A DNA stretch of 63,957 bases, filler included, from Octopus bimaculoides (lineage: Eukaryota), in assembly GCF_001194135.2 (NCBI RefSeq). It is 7 parts of 7 records of this genome, joined end to end, with 100 filler letters (N's around TTAATTAATTAA, not from the genome) between each part and the next. Parts side by side here need not be neighbours in the genome. Positions count along the whole stretch, not along the records: positions 12,624 to 17,439 come from NC_068991.1; positions 17,540 to 32,043 come from NC_069009.1; 5 more parts are not named here. One strand, written 5' to 3'. The position numbers and the translations under genes are program-made. The notes beneath the pieces were generated by a model, which worked only from the letters and a program-made list of their open reading frames with translations, did no database searches and had not been told where the DNA came from. Below are positions 12,831-26,987 of the stretch, piece by piece (the first letter of the stretch is position 1; every line of letters begins with the position of its first letter).

Positions 12831-14492
12831 ATATCTTTAGAAAATGAAGAACATCTATAGACTATCAGCTTAAATATACAATAATTTGTGCCTAATACCT
12901 TAACAAAAGAATTATGTCTCCCATTGGCTCAAGGCTAAGTATATCGGGGATTATTTAGCTGACCGCAGAAGGATAAATGGCAACTAAATAATGTAATATA
13001 TTGACATTTATTTTATTATCAAAGAACGAAATGTTAATCCGAAAACCCAATCGTGGCTTGATTTTAATTCAGATACTCGTACTGGCTTATAAATTCATTC
13101 TCGTATGATACTTAAACACCTGAACTTTGCGTTACATTTTAACTAATTTACAGTTAATTTATTAGTATTTTTTAATTAGATTTTCAGACACACTACAGTT
13201 CCACTAGTACATACTGGAATGTAACGGAAGTCTTGACGATTTGTGCCATGTTACATTGGTCTCGCTGTGTCCACGGCGAACATGAATTATGTTCTTTCGT
13301 GCAACTAATACAGTTGTATTTTTGAGATCATGATACAGAATGATGAACGTAACATCATGAATTGGACGATATTTTAGTGGATTGTTATTCTAAATTCAAC
13401 CTCAACGGTATTTATCATCTTTTTGGAAATCATTCTCCGTTTCAATCAGTGCTACTCTACAATCTAATAAATACGTGCTCAGCACTAGCTAATCCGCTTT
13501 CACGAAGTCACTAAATCTAATATCGCATCTGAATAGGAAGTCATAATAACCTGTACAATATCTATCTCTCTTACAAAGCTGGCTCAACGCGATATTCGCT
13601 GCAGCCTGCAAAGTTTACATGTAACTGACAAGTGAAATAGTTTTGTCTTTTCATATCACGTTCAATTAAAATGTATCATTTCGGAGATAAAAAGCTAGAA
13701 GCTAGAAAGTATGTTCGCTTACGTTTACCCGTTTATTGCTATTTGTAAAAAAATGAATTCCACAAGAGAATCGTAAACGAGAGTGTTGTCGAACACTGTG
13801 AGTGTTTCTGGTGTTTTACAGGCCTCAATGCCATATTGCAGAAGTGATTTGATACAAACTTTAAGGTTAAGTTTGTTGATGATCTGAAAAGCAATTGTTG
13901 TGATAGATACTGTCCAAAGAAACTCAACTCTCTTTTGCGGCAAACACTTATTTATCTTGGATTTTTGACATGGCAGGTTATAATAATGCGTTAACAAGCA
14001 CACACACACACACACACACACACACGCGCGCATATACATATATATATATATATAAATATATATANNNNNNNNNNNNNNNNNNNNNNNNNNNNNNNNNNNN
14101 NNNNNNNNNNNNNNNNNNNNNNNNNNNNNNNNNNNNNNNNNNNNNNNNNNNNNNNNNNNNNNNNNNNNNNNNNNNNNNNNNNNNNNNNNNNNNNNNNNNN
14201 NNNNNNNNNNNNNNNNNNNNNNNNNNNNNNNNNNNNNNNNNNNNNNNNNNNNNNNNNNNNNNNNNNNNNNNNNNNNNNNNNNNNNNNNNNNNNNNNNNNN
14301 NNNNNNNNNNNNNNNNNNNNNNNNNNNNNNNNNNNNNNNNNNNNNNNNNNNNNNNNNNNNNNNNNNNNNNNNNNNNNNNNNNNNNNNNNNNNNNNNNNNN
14401 NNNNNNNNNNNNNNNNNNNNNNNNNNNNNNNNNNNNNNNNNNNNNNNNNNNNNNNNNNNNNNNNNNNNNNNNNNNATATATATATATATATA

Positions 14493-14655
14493 TACGACGA
14501 GCTTCTTTCAGTTTCCTTCTTCCAAATCCATTCACAATTCTTTGGTTGGTCCGAGGCTGTAGAAGAAGACGCTCGACCAAGGTACCACGCAGTGGGACTG
14601 AACCGGGAACCATGTGTTTGGGAAGTAAGCTTCTTACCACACAGCCACGCCTGCG
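14493..14655 (-). mobile_element. SINE family E head
   Basis: Homologous to 30430-30592 and 55890-56041. Confidence 0.85.
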
Positions 14656-16608
14656 CCTGTATAAGCTTGCCGTATGTAACGCTCGTCCATTTGTCTATTT
14701 TTAAAAATTTCTAAGTTGAACTTTTCTCTGATACCGTAATCCTATTTATTTATATTTAAATTCTCCTCCTTCGTTTTTCTACTTATTCTCCTCATAGAGT
14801 ATCTCTTACTTTCATTTTCTCTTCAGAGATATAGTCAATTCCGTCTATTAGGCCAATTATACAAAGTTTAATATAATAATATAAACTTAGTGCGGCATTT
14901 CTACATCATCTGTTAGTTTCACAGATCGGCATTTATCCACCAGATTGCCTAACAACTGTGAATCAATAATGGCAGTGTAGCAAAAATTTATTGCAGAACT
15001 TATTTCATTGTAGAATTTAGTGTTGCGAATATAAATATAAAACCATACAGGTAAACATTAATCATTGCAACACATATAAAACCTTCTCTTAAAATTATTA
15101 ATAAAAGTAAGAATTTGCGTTTCAACCTGTATTTAACGATACCTATTCCCCTATGAAAGTGACATTTGCGTACTTAATAACCCGCTCATATAAAACAACC
15201 ATTCTCATTCATATCAACTCTCATCCTGATATAATATCAAAACGAATAAATTAAATTGACTTTTCTTTCTGTGTGCAAATATATTCAATGAGATGGAGAT
15301 ATATATTATATTTAATTTTCTAAAATCATAATTCTCTAGACCTAGATTTTCTTCCTTATCAAGAATTACACGTCACATCTATTTTAGATGTAGAACTCTG
15401 CTTAATTGTCTTTGAAATCCACCATTAAAATGTCATAATTTAGAGATATTTAATCAATAACCTATCAACAGAAATAAAGCACTTAAAATCCATTCGTTTC
15501 TTGGTTGTTAATTTTCCGATTAAACCGAAACAAAATCTCCGTTCTTTAACTTCTTTATCCATCTCGGAAGGTCGAGGTGGGTAGAGTCGGGCACCTCCAC
15601 TATAGAGTCCTGTCAGAAGCAAGCACCGAGGTCGATAAAATAAATACTGGCTGAGCATTGGAGACGATGTAATGGACTTAAGCCTTCCTCGTAAATTGCC
15701 TTCTTTGTTACAAGATTTGAAACCTATATATGTATGCATGTGGTGCTCCAGCATGATCACAGCGGCATGGTCGGAACGAATAAGAGAGTGCGTCGAATTA
15801 CATGCGCGTGTGTTTAGATATGTAATTCAATTTGTGCTTTATTCTTTGTAAGTGTAATAATGTTTATATTCAGCATATCTTCGACCTACGGCATGTGTTC
15901 TTTCTCATATGATGAATCATCAATATATATTTTAACCTACACTAAAAAGAATCTTTAAGTACCTATCACCATTTTAGAAACAGTCATGTTATACTGTTAT
16001 ACTCGTATATCACTTCACCTTTAGCTGTTATGAGTGACAGGTTCTTCATACGCTGTTATAAGAAGCTGACAAATCATCACGAAATTAAATTTGAAAAGCG
16101 AAAAATTTAGAAAGAAAATCTAAGGTGGTTAATGAAATGAAATATATGATATAAACTAATCAAAATTACAATCCAATGAATCAAATATACTTGTAATATG
16201 ATAAATATGGAAGCGGATATCAAAACTGAAAAAAAATAAACTGAATGACGAAATGAAGTCCGAAATAAATGAATCAACGCGGACATATGAAATAAATTAA
16301 TAAAATTAAAAAATTACTTGTGAATTAACAGCAGAACGTAAAATTGGAAATAATATGAATCGTAAAGAAAAATTTATAATGAGTTCAAATTTAAGAACGA
16401 AAAAGAAAGAAACAAAGCATTATAGTTATCAAGAAATATTCTACTCATATCATGAAAAAAACATTCACTTTATTAATATAAATGTCTATGAAATTTCATT
16501 TAAGTGTAATTTTACAAAACTCATATAATTTTTAATTATATATTTTTATATAATTTTATAAGATTACGACTTAACTATTTGACGAATGATCAGAAGAATG
16601 AACATGAA

Positions 16609-16609
<1 letters not shown>

Positions 16610-16671
<62 letters not shown>

Positions 16672-16740
16672 CAACAACAATAATGATAATAATAATAATG
16701 ATGATGATGATGATGATAATGATGATGATGATGTTGATAG
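16610..16740. repeat. (AAT)n/(AAC)n/(GAT)n microsatellite
   Basis: Seen directly. Confidence 0.95.
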
Positions 16741-16744
16741 TTGA

Positions 16745-16975
16745 TAGATATGACAGGTTAGCTTGGAAGGTTAAGCAGTCGTGGTCGACGAAAAAGGTAG
16801 CAGTAGTACCAATAATTGTGGGAGTCCTAGGAACAGTGAATAAAACTGTTGAGACTTACATGGAACAAATAGGGGCTGCAATAAAGGTTCACTTGCACAA
16901 AGCAGCACTGCATGGAAACGCTTGGATACTCCGGATGGTGCTCGAAAAATAAGGGGTGTTACATCCGTTCACTGG
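16745..16975 (+). pseudogene. R4/Dong-clade non-LTR retrotransposon, 3' end remnant
   Basis: KKVAVVPIIVGVLGTV...LHKAALHGNAWILRMVLE resembles the C-terminus of RLE-type R4/Dong ORFs. Parallels 36845-37126. Confidence 0.75.
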
Positions 16976-16984
16976 TAGTGAACA

Positions 16985-17003
16985 TTATTATTATTATTAT
17001 TAT

Positions 17004-17062
<59 letters not shown>

Positions 17063-17156
17063 CCACTACCACTAAAAACTACCGATAATAACGCCAATAA
17101 TAATTCTGAGACTGCGACAAATATAACAGGAAGAAGAATAACAAACAACGATGATA

Positions 17157-17197
<41 letters not shown>

Positions 17198-17234
17198 AAC
17201 GATTTTATTCTTCTTCTTCTTCTTCTTCTTCTTC

Positions 17235-17317
<83 letters not shown>

Positions 17318-17357
17318 AATAATAATTCTAATTGTAATAATAATAATAATAATAATG

Positions 17358-17391
<34 letters not shown>

Positions 17392-17405
17392 TAATAATAA
17401 TAAAA
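16985..17405. repeat. Compound trinucleotide arrays (ATT)(AGT)...(GAT)(TTC)(TTA)(AAT)
   Basis: Seen directly. Confidence 0.95.
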
Positions 17406-17603
17406 ATCATAGTCCACCTCTTTGTTCGTATGTGTGCCTNNNNNNNNNNNNNNNNNNNNNNNNNNNNNNNNNNNNNNNNNNNNTTAATTAATTAANNNNN
17501 NNNNNNNNNNNNNNNNNNNNNNNNNNNNNNNNNNNNNNNTAACAGAATAAAAGAATATATTTATTTCTGTGTATGTAAAACATTACTGCTCTATTCTTTA
17601 AAA

Positions 17604-17933
17604 CACTGATTCTCAAGCGGAGTCAATTTGGCCCCTGCACGTCCGTATAAGATTCTTGGGGGTCTACATAATAAAATAGTAAATTGCGATCCAAAATAGT
17701 ATTTTAAGGTTATTTGAAAAATTTTTGCTTTACATAAAGGTATTGTTATGTATTGTAAGAAACAAGTTTCTTTCTCTAACGCTTTATATAATTAAACATT
17801 TACAAATCAATCTATGGGAAAACAAATTAGGAATTTTGAACAAGTTTTTAAGCACCGAATGGTTAAGGCGTGCACTAAATCTAAATGATTATCAAAATGG
17901 TTCATAGATTTAAAAAATAGTTGAGAACCCCTT
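17604..17933. mobile_element. hAT (Charlie-type) MITE
   Basis: Ends cactgattctcaa... and ...ttgagaacccct. 8-bp flanks ctttaaaa / ctttagag match at 6 of 8 positions. Confidence 0.6.
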
Positions 17934-18206
17934 CTTTAGAGTGTGCTTCTTTTTCGGATATTTGATTCATTTCACGATATATATATATATACACACACAC
18001 ACACATAGTGACAGACAGACAGCAAGACTTAATTCGTTTCGTCGTTTCCGTTTCCGAGTCTCTTTTTTAAAAATTTCTTTGTTATCAAAACAAAATTTCA
18101 TACAACGAAAATACCATGTTATGATTTGTCTTTTGAGTTATTGGAAGGACGTTTATTGTAATTTAAACGATCTCACCGAAAACACTGGATTTTATATCGA
18201 TAACAG

Positions 18207-18544
18207 GTAAGATACTATATACACATTTTAGCGAAATTTTCTCTCTCGATGTTCCACGTCGCAAAAGAATAGAAAAAAACGGTATTTTCTCATATTTAAA
18301 AATTTTACCCTTCAGATTACCCTGTCAAATATAATGCTCAATTATTCACATTGGTTTGAATTAATCAATCATTTCCTTGTAGCTTTGAGATTTTGAAGAT
18401 GTGATTGTTTATTTTGAGAAAGACATTGTAGGCTAGGTGTGAGAGGCCAGGTATGTGCAGGTAAAATATTTGGGCTGGATAATTTCTGCTTTAAACGGTT
18501 AACTATCTTCTCTGTCTTACTCTGTAATTTCTTTCTTCTTTCAG
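18207..18544 (+). other. Predicted 5' intron of ZNF gene 1 (paralogous intron 23003-23335 in gene 2)
   Basis: CAG|GTAAG donor and a pyrimidine tract with TTTCAG acceptor, both conserved between 18.0-18.65 kb and 22.8-23.43 kb. Confidence 0.7.
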
Positions 18545-19214
18545 AATATCAAATGACATTGACATCAAAGAATTGGTTGCATCGAGGTACATCATCTTTT
18601 AAAGACTAAAAGAAAATGTTCTTCATATAACGAATCTTTGGTGTCTTACAGTGAAATAGTTCTTTGGAGCCGAGACAATTTGTAATAAGCAGCAGCAGGT
18701 CTCTTCTTCACTGACTTGAATGTTTATGAGAAGATTAATTAGTCATTCTAACAAAACTGGACAGACATATTCTGTGTGTGTGTGTNNNNNNNNNNNNNNN
18801 NNNNNNNNNNNNNNNNNNNNNNNNNNNNNNNNNNNNNNNNNNNNNNNNNNNNNNNNNNNNNNNNNNNNNNNNNNNNNNNNNNNNNNNNNNNNNNNNNNNN
18901 NNNNNNNNNNNNNNNNNNNNNNNNNNNNNNNNNNNNNNNNNNNNNNNNNNNNNNNNNNNNNNNNNNNNNNNNNNNNNNNNNNNNNNNNNNNNNNNNNNNN
19001 NNNNNNNNNNNNNNNNNNNNNNNNNNNNNNNNNNNNNNNNNNNNNNNNNNNNNNNNNNNNNNNNNNNNNNNNNNNNNNNNNNNNNNNNNNNNNNNNNNNN
19101 NNNNNNNNNNNNNNNNNNNNNNNNNNNNNNNNNNNNNNNNNNNNNNNNNNNNNNNNNNNNNNNNNNNNNNNNNNNNNNNNNNNNNNNNATATTGTAGAAA
19201 AGAGGAGGAAAACT

Positions 19215-20426
19215 ATGGAAGGAAAATTATGTAATAACGCATCTGTAAAGACTGATGTTGTTTGTGATTTAAAGGAAGAGGAAGGAGAATCATCGTACCA
19301 GTGTGATGTCTGTGATGAAGCATTCTCTGAAAGAGATAGCTTGATTAAGCATAAATGTATTCATGCAGGAGATAAGCCATATTCCTGTGATATTTGTGGA
19401 AAATCATTCCGTCGAAATTACCATTTAACAAGACACAAACTCACTCATACAGGTGGTAAAACCTATCGCTGTAATATCTGTGGTAAAGCGCTAACTCGAA
19501 AATCCAACCTAGATATGCATATGCGTATTCATACAGGAGAGAAGCCATATTGCTGTGACATCTGTGGTAAGTCATTCTCTGGCAGCAATTCTTTGACTAT
19601 ACACAAACGCATCCATTCAGGAGATAAGCCGTACAGCTGTGATGTCTGTGGTAAATCATTCTATGGTCCTTTAACTGAACACAGACGTATGCATACAGGA
19701 GAGAAACCATATCACTGTGACATCTGTGGCACATCATTCTCTGCAAGCTCTTACTTGACGATACACAAACGTACACATACAGGGGAGAAGCCATATCGTT
19801 GTGATGTCTGTGATAAATCATTTTCTACTGCTGATCACTTGAAAACACACAAACGTATTCATACAGGTGAGAAGCCATATTGCTGTGATATTTGTAGTAA
19901 ATCATTCTGTACAAGTGGTGCTTTAACTAATCATAAACGCATTCATACAGGAGAGAAACCCTATCATTGCGACATCTGTGGTAAATCATTCTCTGTAGGT
20001 TGTCGTTTGACTATTCACAAACGTATTCATACAGGAGAGAAGCCATATCATTGTGATGTCTGTGGTAAATCATTTGCTGCAACCGATAACTTGAAAACTC
20101 ACAAACGTATTCATACAGGTGAGAAGCCATATTGCTGTGATATCTGTAGTAAATCATTCTGTACAAATAGTGCTTTAACTAACCACAAGCGCATTCATAC
20201 AGGTGAGAAGCCCTATCATTGTGACATTTGTGGTAAATCATTTTCTTCATGTAGCCACTTATCTAATCACAAATGTATTCATGCTGGGGATAAACGATAT
20301 CACTGTGATATCTGTGGTAAATTATTCTCTCATAGTAGTAGCTTGGTTAAGCACAAGCACACCCATGCAGGTGAAAGCCATATTGTGAAATCTGTAGTAA
20401 ATCCTTCTCACGTGGGAGAGCATTAA
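19215..20426 (+). CDS. C2H2 zinc-finger protein 1 (403 aa, 13 fingers, no KRAB)
   Basis: Open frame with CxxC-x12-HxxxH units (finger 5 is 2 aa short) and TGEKPY linkers. Leader [26 protein letters not shown]. Confidence 0.92.
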   Translation: MEGKLCNNASVKTDVVCDLKEEEGESSYQCDVCDEAFSERDSLIKHKCIHAGDKPYSCDICGKSFRRNYHLTRHKLTHTGGKTYRCNICGKALTRKSNLDMHMRIHTGEKPYCCDICGKSFSGSNSLTIHKRIHSGDKPYSCDVCGKSFYGPLTEHRRMHTGEKPYHCDICGTSFSASSYLTIHKRTHTGEKPYRCDVCDKSFSTADHLKTHKRIHTGEKPYCCDICSKSFCTSGALTNHKRIHTGEKPYHCDICGKSFSVGCRLTIHKRIHTGEKPYHCDVCGKSFAATDNLKTHKRIHTGEKPYCCDICSKSFCTNSALTNHKRIHTGEKPYHCDICGKSFSSCSHLSNHKCIHAGDKRYHCDICGKLFSHSSSLVKHKHTHAGESHIVKSVVNPSHVGEH

Positions 20427-20530
20427 CAAAACGTGTTCATACAGGTGAGAAGCCATATCATTGTGATACTTGTAGTAAATCATTCTCTCAAAATTATAAC
20501 TTAACTAAACGTGTATGTGTTTATACAGAA
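20373..20530 (+). pseudogene. Out-of-frame relic fingers overlapping and following the ZNF1 stop
   Basis: A shifted frame reads [44 protein letters not shown]. Confidence 0.8.
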
Positions 20531-21161
20531 TCATAACTAACATTATTGGTTGCAAATATTACCACAAGGCCAGGAAGCTTGTGGGTGGGAGTTAAATCTA
20601 TTACATCAACCCCAGCACTTGACTGATATTTATGCTATTGATTCTAAAGGGATGAAACAGGTCAACCTTGGTGGAATTTGAACTGAGAACTTAAAGATGG
20701 ATGGATTATTACTAATTATTTTTCCAGATGTGCTTTTCAATATCATTCTAAAAACAAACAATCACATCATTGAAATCTCAAAGCTACAACATAATGCATG
20801 ATCAATCCCAAGCAACGTGAATAAGCATTACATTTGACAGAATAACCCTAAATGCTAAATGATTAAACCAGCCAGATCCGGCCCAAATATATTATGCCTG
20901 TTTTATGTTCAAACTGGCCAGAGTTGGCTTTTCACACCTAAGCTACAATGTCATTCTAAAAATAAACAATCATCATTACAACTTCAAAACTTTGAGAGAC
21001 AATACATAATTATTTCCAAACATTGTGAATAAATAAGAATTTCATTAAATTAAAGAGTTAATTGTTGATTAAATTAAATGTCTTCTTTTTATTGGTGATA
21101 TAATTACGAACATGATGAATATTGCTAATTTTTTACCCGAGTTTGTCATCGTCATCATCAT

Positions 21162-21350
21162 AGGCAATGGAATGGTTGTGTGGTAAGAAGGTTGCCTCCC
21201 AACCACATGGTTTTGGGTTCAGTCCCACTGCATGGCACCCTGAACATGTGTCTTCTACTATAACCATGGGTCAACCAGCAAATCCTTCTGAAAAGATGTA
21301 GTAAATGGAAACTGAAAGAAGCCTGTCTATATATGTATGTGTGTGTGTGT
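21162..21350 (+). mobile_element. SINE family E head, diverged
   Basis: ggttgtgtggtaag...gggttcagtcccactgcatggcacc. Confidence 0.75.
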
Positions 21351-21750
21351 GTATTATAATTATTCTGTTGATTCAAGGAGCTGGAAATACAAAGAATGAA
21401 GTTCTCAGGCGGAATAAATTCTATAACCGTTTATTCACGGGTGCTTCGTACAAGGGGTTTGCTTTCAGTAACCACCTTCACTACTATGTATTACGATAAT
21501 ATAAGTTCGTCCGACAGAGACTCGTCATAAGAAGAACTGTTGTGTTGTATTAACAACGCAGAAAAAGAACTGTCTAAATGTGAAACACTTTGCATCTGTG
21601 GCTGGTCTTTCTACGGAAGAGGTCAAATTCAGGAGATGGGAGCTGGAGAATACAGACCTAATGAAAAAAGGAGGGGCATGAAATTAAAGTGACACTTTTC
21701 TAGTGAAATTACACAAAGGATAGAAAGAAAGATGATTATTTTTAAAACGT

Positions 21751-22427
21751 TTGACGTCAAACAAAAGGAAACAAAAGGAAATAAAAGTGTATTCTAGGGA
21801 ACAGGTAGAACGGTGCTTAAATCCCATTTGGTACGACATTATGTATCTTGCCATGGGAAAGAAATACGCAACGGTGGAGGTGTGGTTTATAACCAAAAGA
21901 AGGCCAGGCAATACTCCATGGCCTCCCTTAAAACAGCTGAAGTAGCTCTTTTACCAACTTACCTTGGAAGACGTGCTTCCGGAGGTCGAAGTTGCCTGAA
22001 TTGTGGCTGTTATAATCCTTGGAATGGAGGAGAAAATTACAATTCCCCAAACGAGAAAGATACCGCATCAGAACTGGCAAGGGCAGTGTATTGAGATGGT
22101 TATCTCGGTTGCTCTCGGCAGACCTAGAAAATATTTCGGACAACATCCTGGTGGGTAATGATAAATAGTTAAGGGTTGTAGTGGAGGGCAGGAAGCCTTG
22201 TTGCTTCAAGTGTGGCCAGAAAGGCCACACCAGAATCGAATGGCCTCCAAACCTCGTAGAAGCACCAGTGGGCCCACCAGTCGAAAGATTAAACGCACCT
22301 CCACCTCCTGCGAAAACAAAAGGTAAATGCGGAAGAGTCAAGAGCACAAGAGGAAGAAGTGGTGGTAATTGAAAGGTGTACGGCCTCAAGAAGGAAAAAT
22401 ACCTACTTCTCTGATACTATTCCCTAC
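21751..22427 (+). pseudogene. L1/Tx1-like ORF1 (gag-like) remnant with zinc knuckle
   Basis: VEGRKPCCFKCGQKGHTRIEW is a Cx2Cx4Hx4C knuckle with the last C changed to W. Upstream frameshifted segments present. Confidence 0.55.
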
Positions 22428-22618
22428 CCGTAACGTAGTTCTCATGGAGATTCAACGTGACACAGAGTGTGACAAGGCCTGCTCTTTGAAATACAGCTGA
22501 GTGGACTGGAGCAACGTGAAATAAAATGTCTTGTTCAAGGACACAACGCGTCGCCGGGAATCGAACTTACGACCTTTCAATCGCGAGCCGAATGCCCTAA
22601 CCACTAAGCCACGCGCCT
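22428..22618 (-). mobile_element. Chimeric SINE: family D-type head and core plus family A tail
   Basis: tRNA-like head and CORE-like segment up to cactcagctgta, then tttcaaag...ccttgtcacact, which matches the family A body. Confidence 0.75.
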
Positions 22619-23509
22619 TCACTGTTGTTTAACGTATACTTGTTCTTTAAATTAATCTAAAACCGATGTCATGTTTGCGGATTAAATCACGTTTCTTCAT
22701 ATTACATATTTTTATCTTTTGTTTCAAGTTTCTCTTCAGCTCTTCTCAATGCAAACCTTAAGTTTGTGAGAGAATTTCTAATTATTCATATTCTTTCTCA
22801 AAACAGTCACACGCACGCACACAAAACACAGCGTTAACGCATTTCGTTGTTTCGGTATCCGAGTCGCTTTTTTAAAATTCCTTTTTCTAAAAACAAAACT
22901 TCATTCAATGAAAACACGATCTTATGATTTGTCTTATTGGAAGCACATTTAGTATAATTTAAGTGATTTCACTGTAACCACCGGCCTTCATATCAATAGC
23001 AGGTAAGATATATTATACATATTATAGCGAAATTTTGTTCTCACGATGTCCCATGCCTCAAAAGAACAGAAAATAAAACCCCAGTAGTTTTCTGTTACTT
23101 AATATTTTGTGTTTCATACATCAGAAATGATTTTGATACCCTACATACCCTTGTACTTTGAGATTTTGAATATGTGGTTTATTATGAGAAAGACATTGTA
23201 AGCTAGGTGTGAGAGGCTAGATATGTGCAGTTTGGGCATTAAAATAGGTAAAATACTTCGGCCAGATAATATCTGCTTTAAATGCTAAACGGTTAACAAT
23301 CTTCTCTGTCTTACTCTGTAATTTCTTTCTTTCAGAATATCAAATGACATTGGCATCAAAGAATTGGTTGCATCGAGGTACATCATCTTTTAAAGACTAA
23401 AAGAAAATGCTCTTCATATAACGAATCTTTGGTGTCTATTAGTATCGATATCTAAAAAGAACAGAAACACGGAAAACACCTGTATATTGTAGAAAAGAGG
23501 AGGGAAACT

Positions 23510-25684
<2,175 letters not shown>

Positions 25685-25802
25685 GAAAACGCGTGTTCAT
25701 ACAGGTGAGGAGCCATATTGCTGTGATATCTGTGGTAAATCATTCTCTGAAAATATGCTCATGATTCAGCCAGTTTTCTACCTTCTTGATAATAAAAAAA
25801 TA

Positions 25803-25970
25803 ATAATAATCTTTTATACTACAGGCACAAAGCATGAAATTTTGGAGGAGGTGTTTAGTCAATTACATCAACCCCAGTGTTTCACTGGTAGTTTCGACCT
25901 AGAAAGGAAGACAGGCAAAGTCAACTCAAGTGGAATTTGAACCCAGAATGTAAAGATGGATGAATGCCTT
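25803..25970 (-). mobile_element. SINE family B, diverged
   Basis: ggcacaaagc...gacaggcaaagtcaactcaagtggaatttgaacccagaa. Confidence 0.7.
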
Positions 25971-26377
25971 GTTGTTGTTGTTGTTGTGTGTTGTTGGCAC
26001 TCCGTCGGTTAACAACGTCGAGTGTTCCAGTTGATCCGATCAACAGAACAGCCTGCTCGTGAAATTAACGTGCAAGTGGCTGAGCACTCCACAGACACGT
26101 GTACCCTTAATGTAGTTCTCGGGGATATTCAGCGTGACACAGTGTGTGACAAGGCTGACCCTTTGAATTACAGGCACAACAGAAACAGGAAGAAAGAGTG
26201 AGGGAAAGTTGTGGTAGAAGAGTACAGCAGGGTTCGCCACCATCCCCTGTCGGAGCCTCGTGGAGCTTTTAGGTGTTTTTGCTCAATAAACACCCACAAC
26301 TCCCGGTCTGGGAACCGAAACCGCGATCCTATGACAGCGAGTCTGCTGCCCTAACCACTGGGCCATTGTGCCTCCAC
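25971..26377 (-). mobile_element. Full-length SINE family A with 12-bp TSD
   Basis: TSD gatgaatgcctt at 25959-25970 and 26378-26389. tRNA-like head and (CAA)n tail. Confidence 0.92.
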
Positions 26378-26765
26378 GATGAATGCCTTATATATTAATA
26401 ATAATAATCCTTTCTACTAAAGGCACAGGATCTGGGTATAGTAGTTGTTTCTTTTGATTTTTAGATAAGCAAATAGAAAATAACACATACTGACCAGAGA
26501 CAAACAAAAATTTTGTCCCACTGTATTATACAATAGATCACATTTTAAATTATAACAGAGGAGAGATAAAAAGGAAAGAAAGAAAACGGTGGATGGGTAA
26601 AGCAGTGGGAGATGTAGGGGTTGATGCCCTCCCCACCAGAAAAGATGGTGTGCTCAATTGTATACACACACATGTAGGAAATTGAGGGAAGATGTGGGAC
26701 GAAGTGGTGAGAAAGGATCTGCAAACAAATTTTCCTGGATTATTACTCCGGAGGGGAGCTTTCTT

Positions 26766-26987
26766 ATTTCTTTATTGCCCACAAGGAGCTAAACATAGAG
26801 GGGACAAACAAGGACAGACAAATGGATTAAGTCGATTACATCGACCCAATGCGTAACTGGTACTTAATTTATCGACCTTGAAAGGATGAAAGGCAAAGTC
26901 GACCTCTGCGGAATTTGAACTCAGAACGTAACGGTAGACGAAATACCGCTAAGCATTTCGCCCGGCGTGCTAACGTTTCTGCCAGAT
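26766..26987 (-). mobile_element. SINE family B with 17-bp TSD
   Basis: TSD cggaggggagctttctt at 26749-26765 and 26988-27004. Confidence 0.9.

Noticed and set aside
13725-13960. Unique minus-strand ORF or exon candidate
   Set aside because: No recognisable domain and no clear donor, so it cannot be supported.
18720-19214. N-terminal extension or KRAB-like domain of ZNF1 suggested by the ORF track
   Set aside because: The frame runs through Ns. The paralogs show the start at MEGK and no KRAB, BTB or SCAN-like sequence.
26290-26377. tRNA-Arg-like and other tRNA-like sequences
   Set aside because: They lack a complete acceptor stem and run into SINE bodies with TSDs, so they are SINE heads and not tRNA genes.
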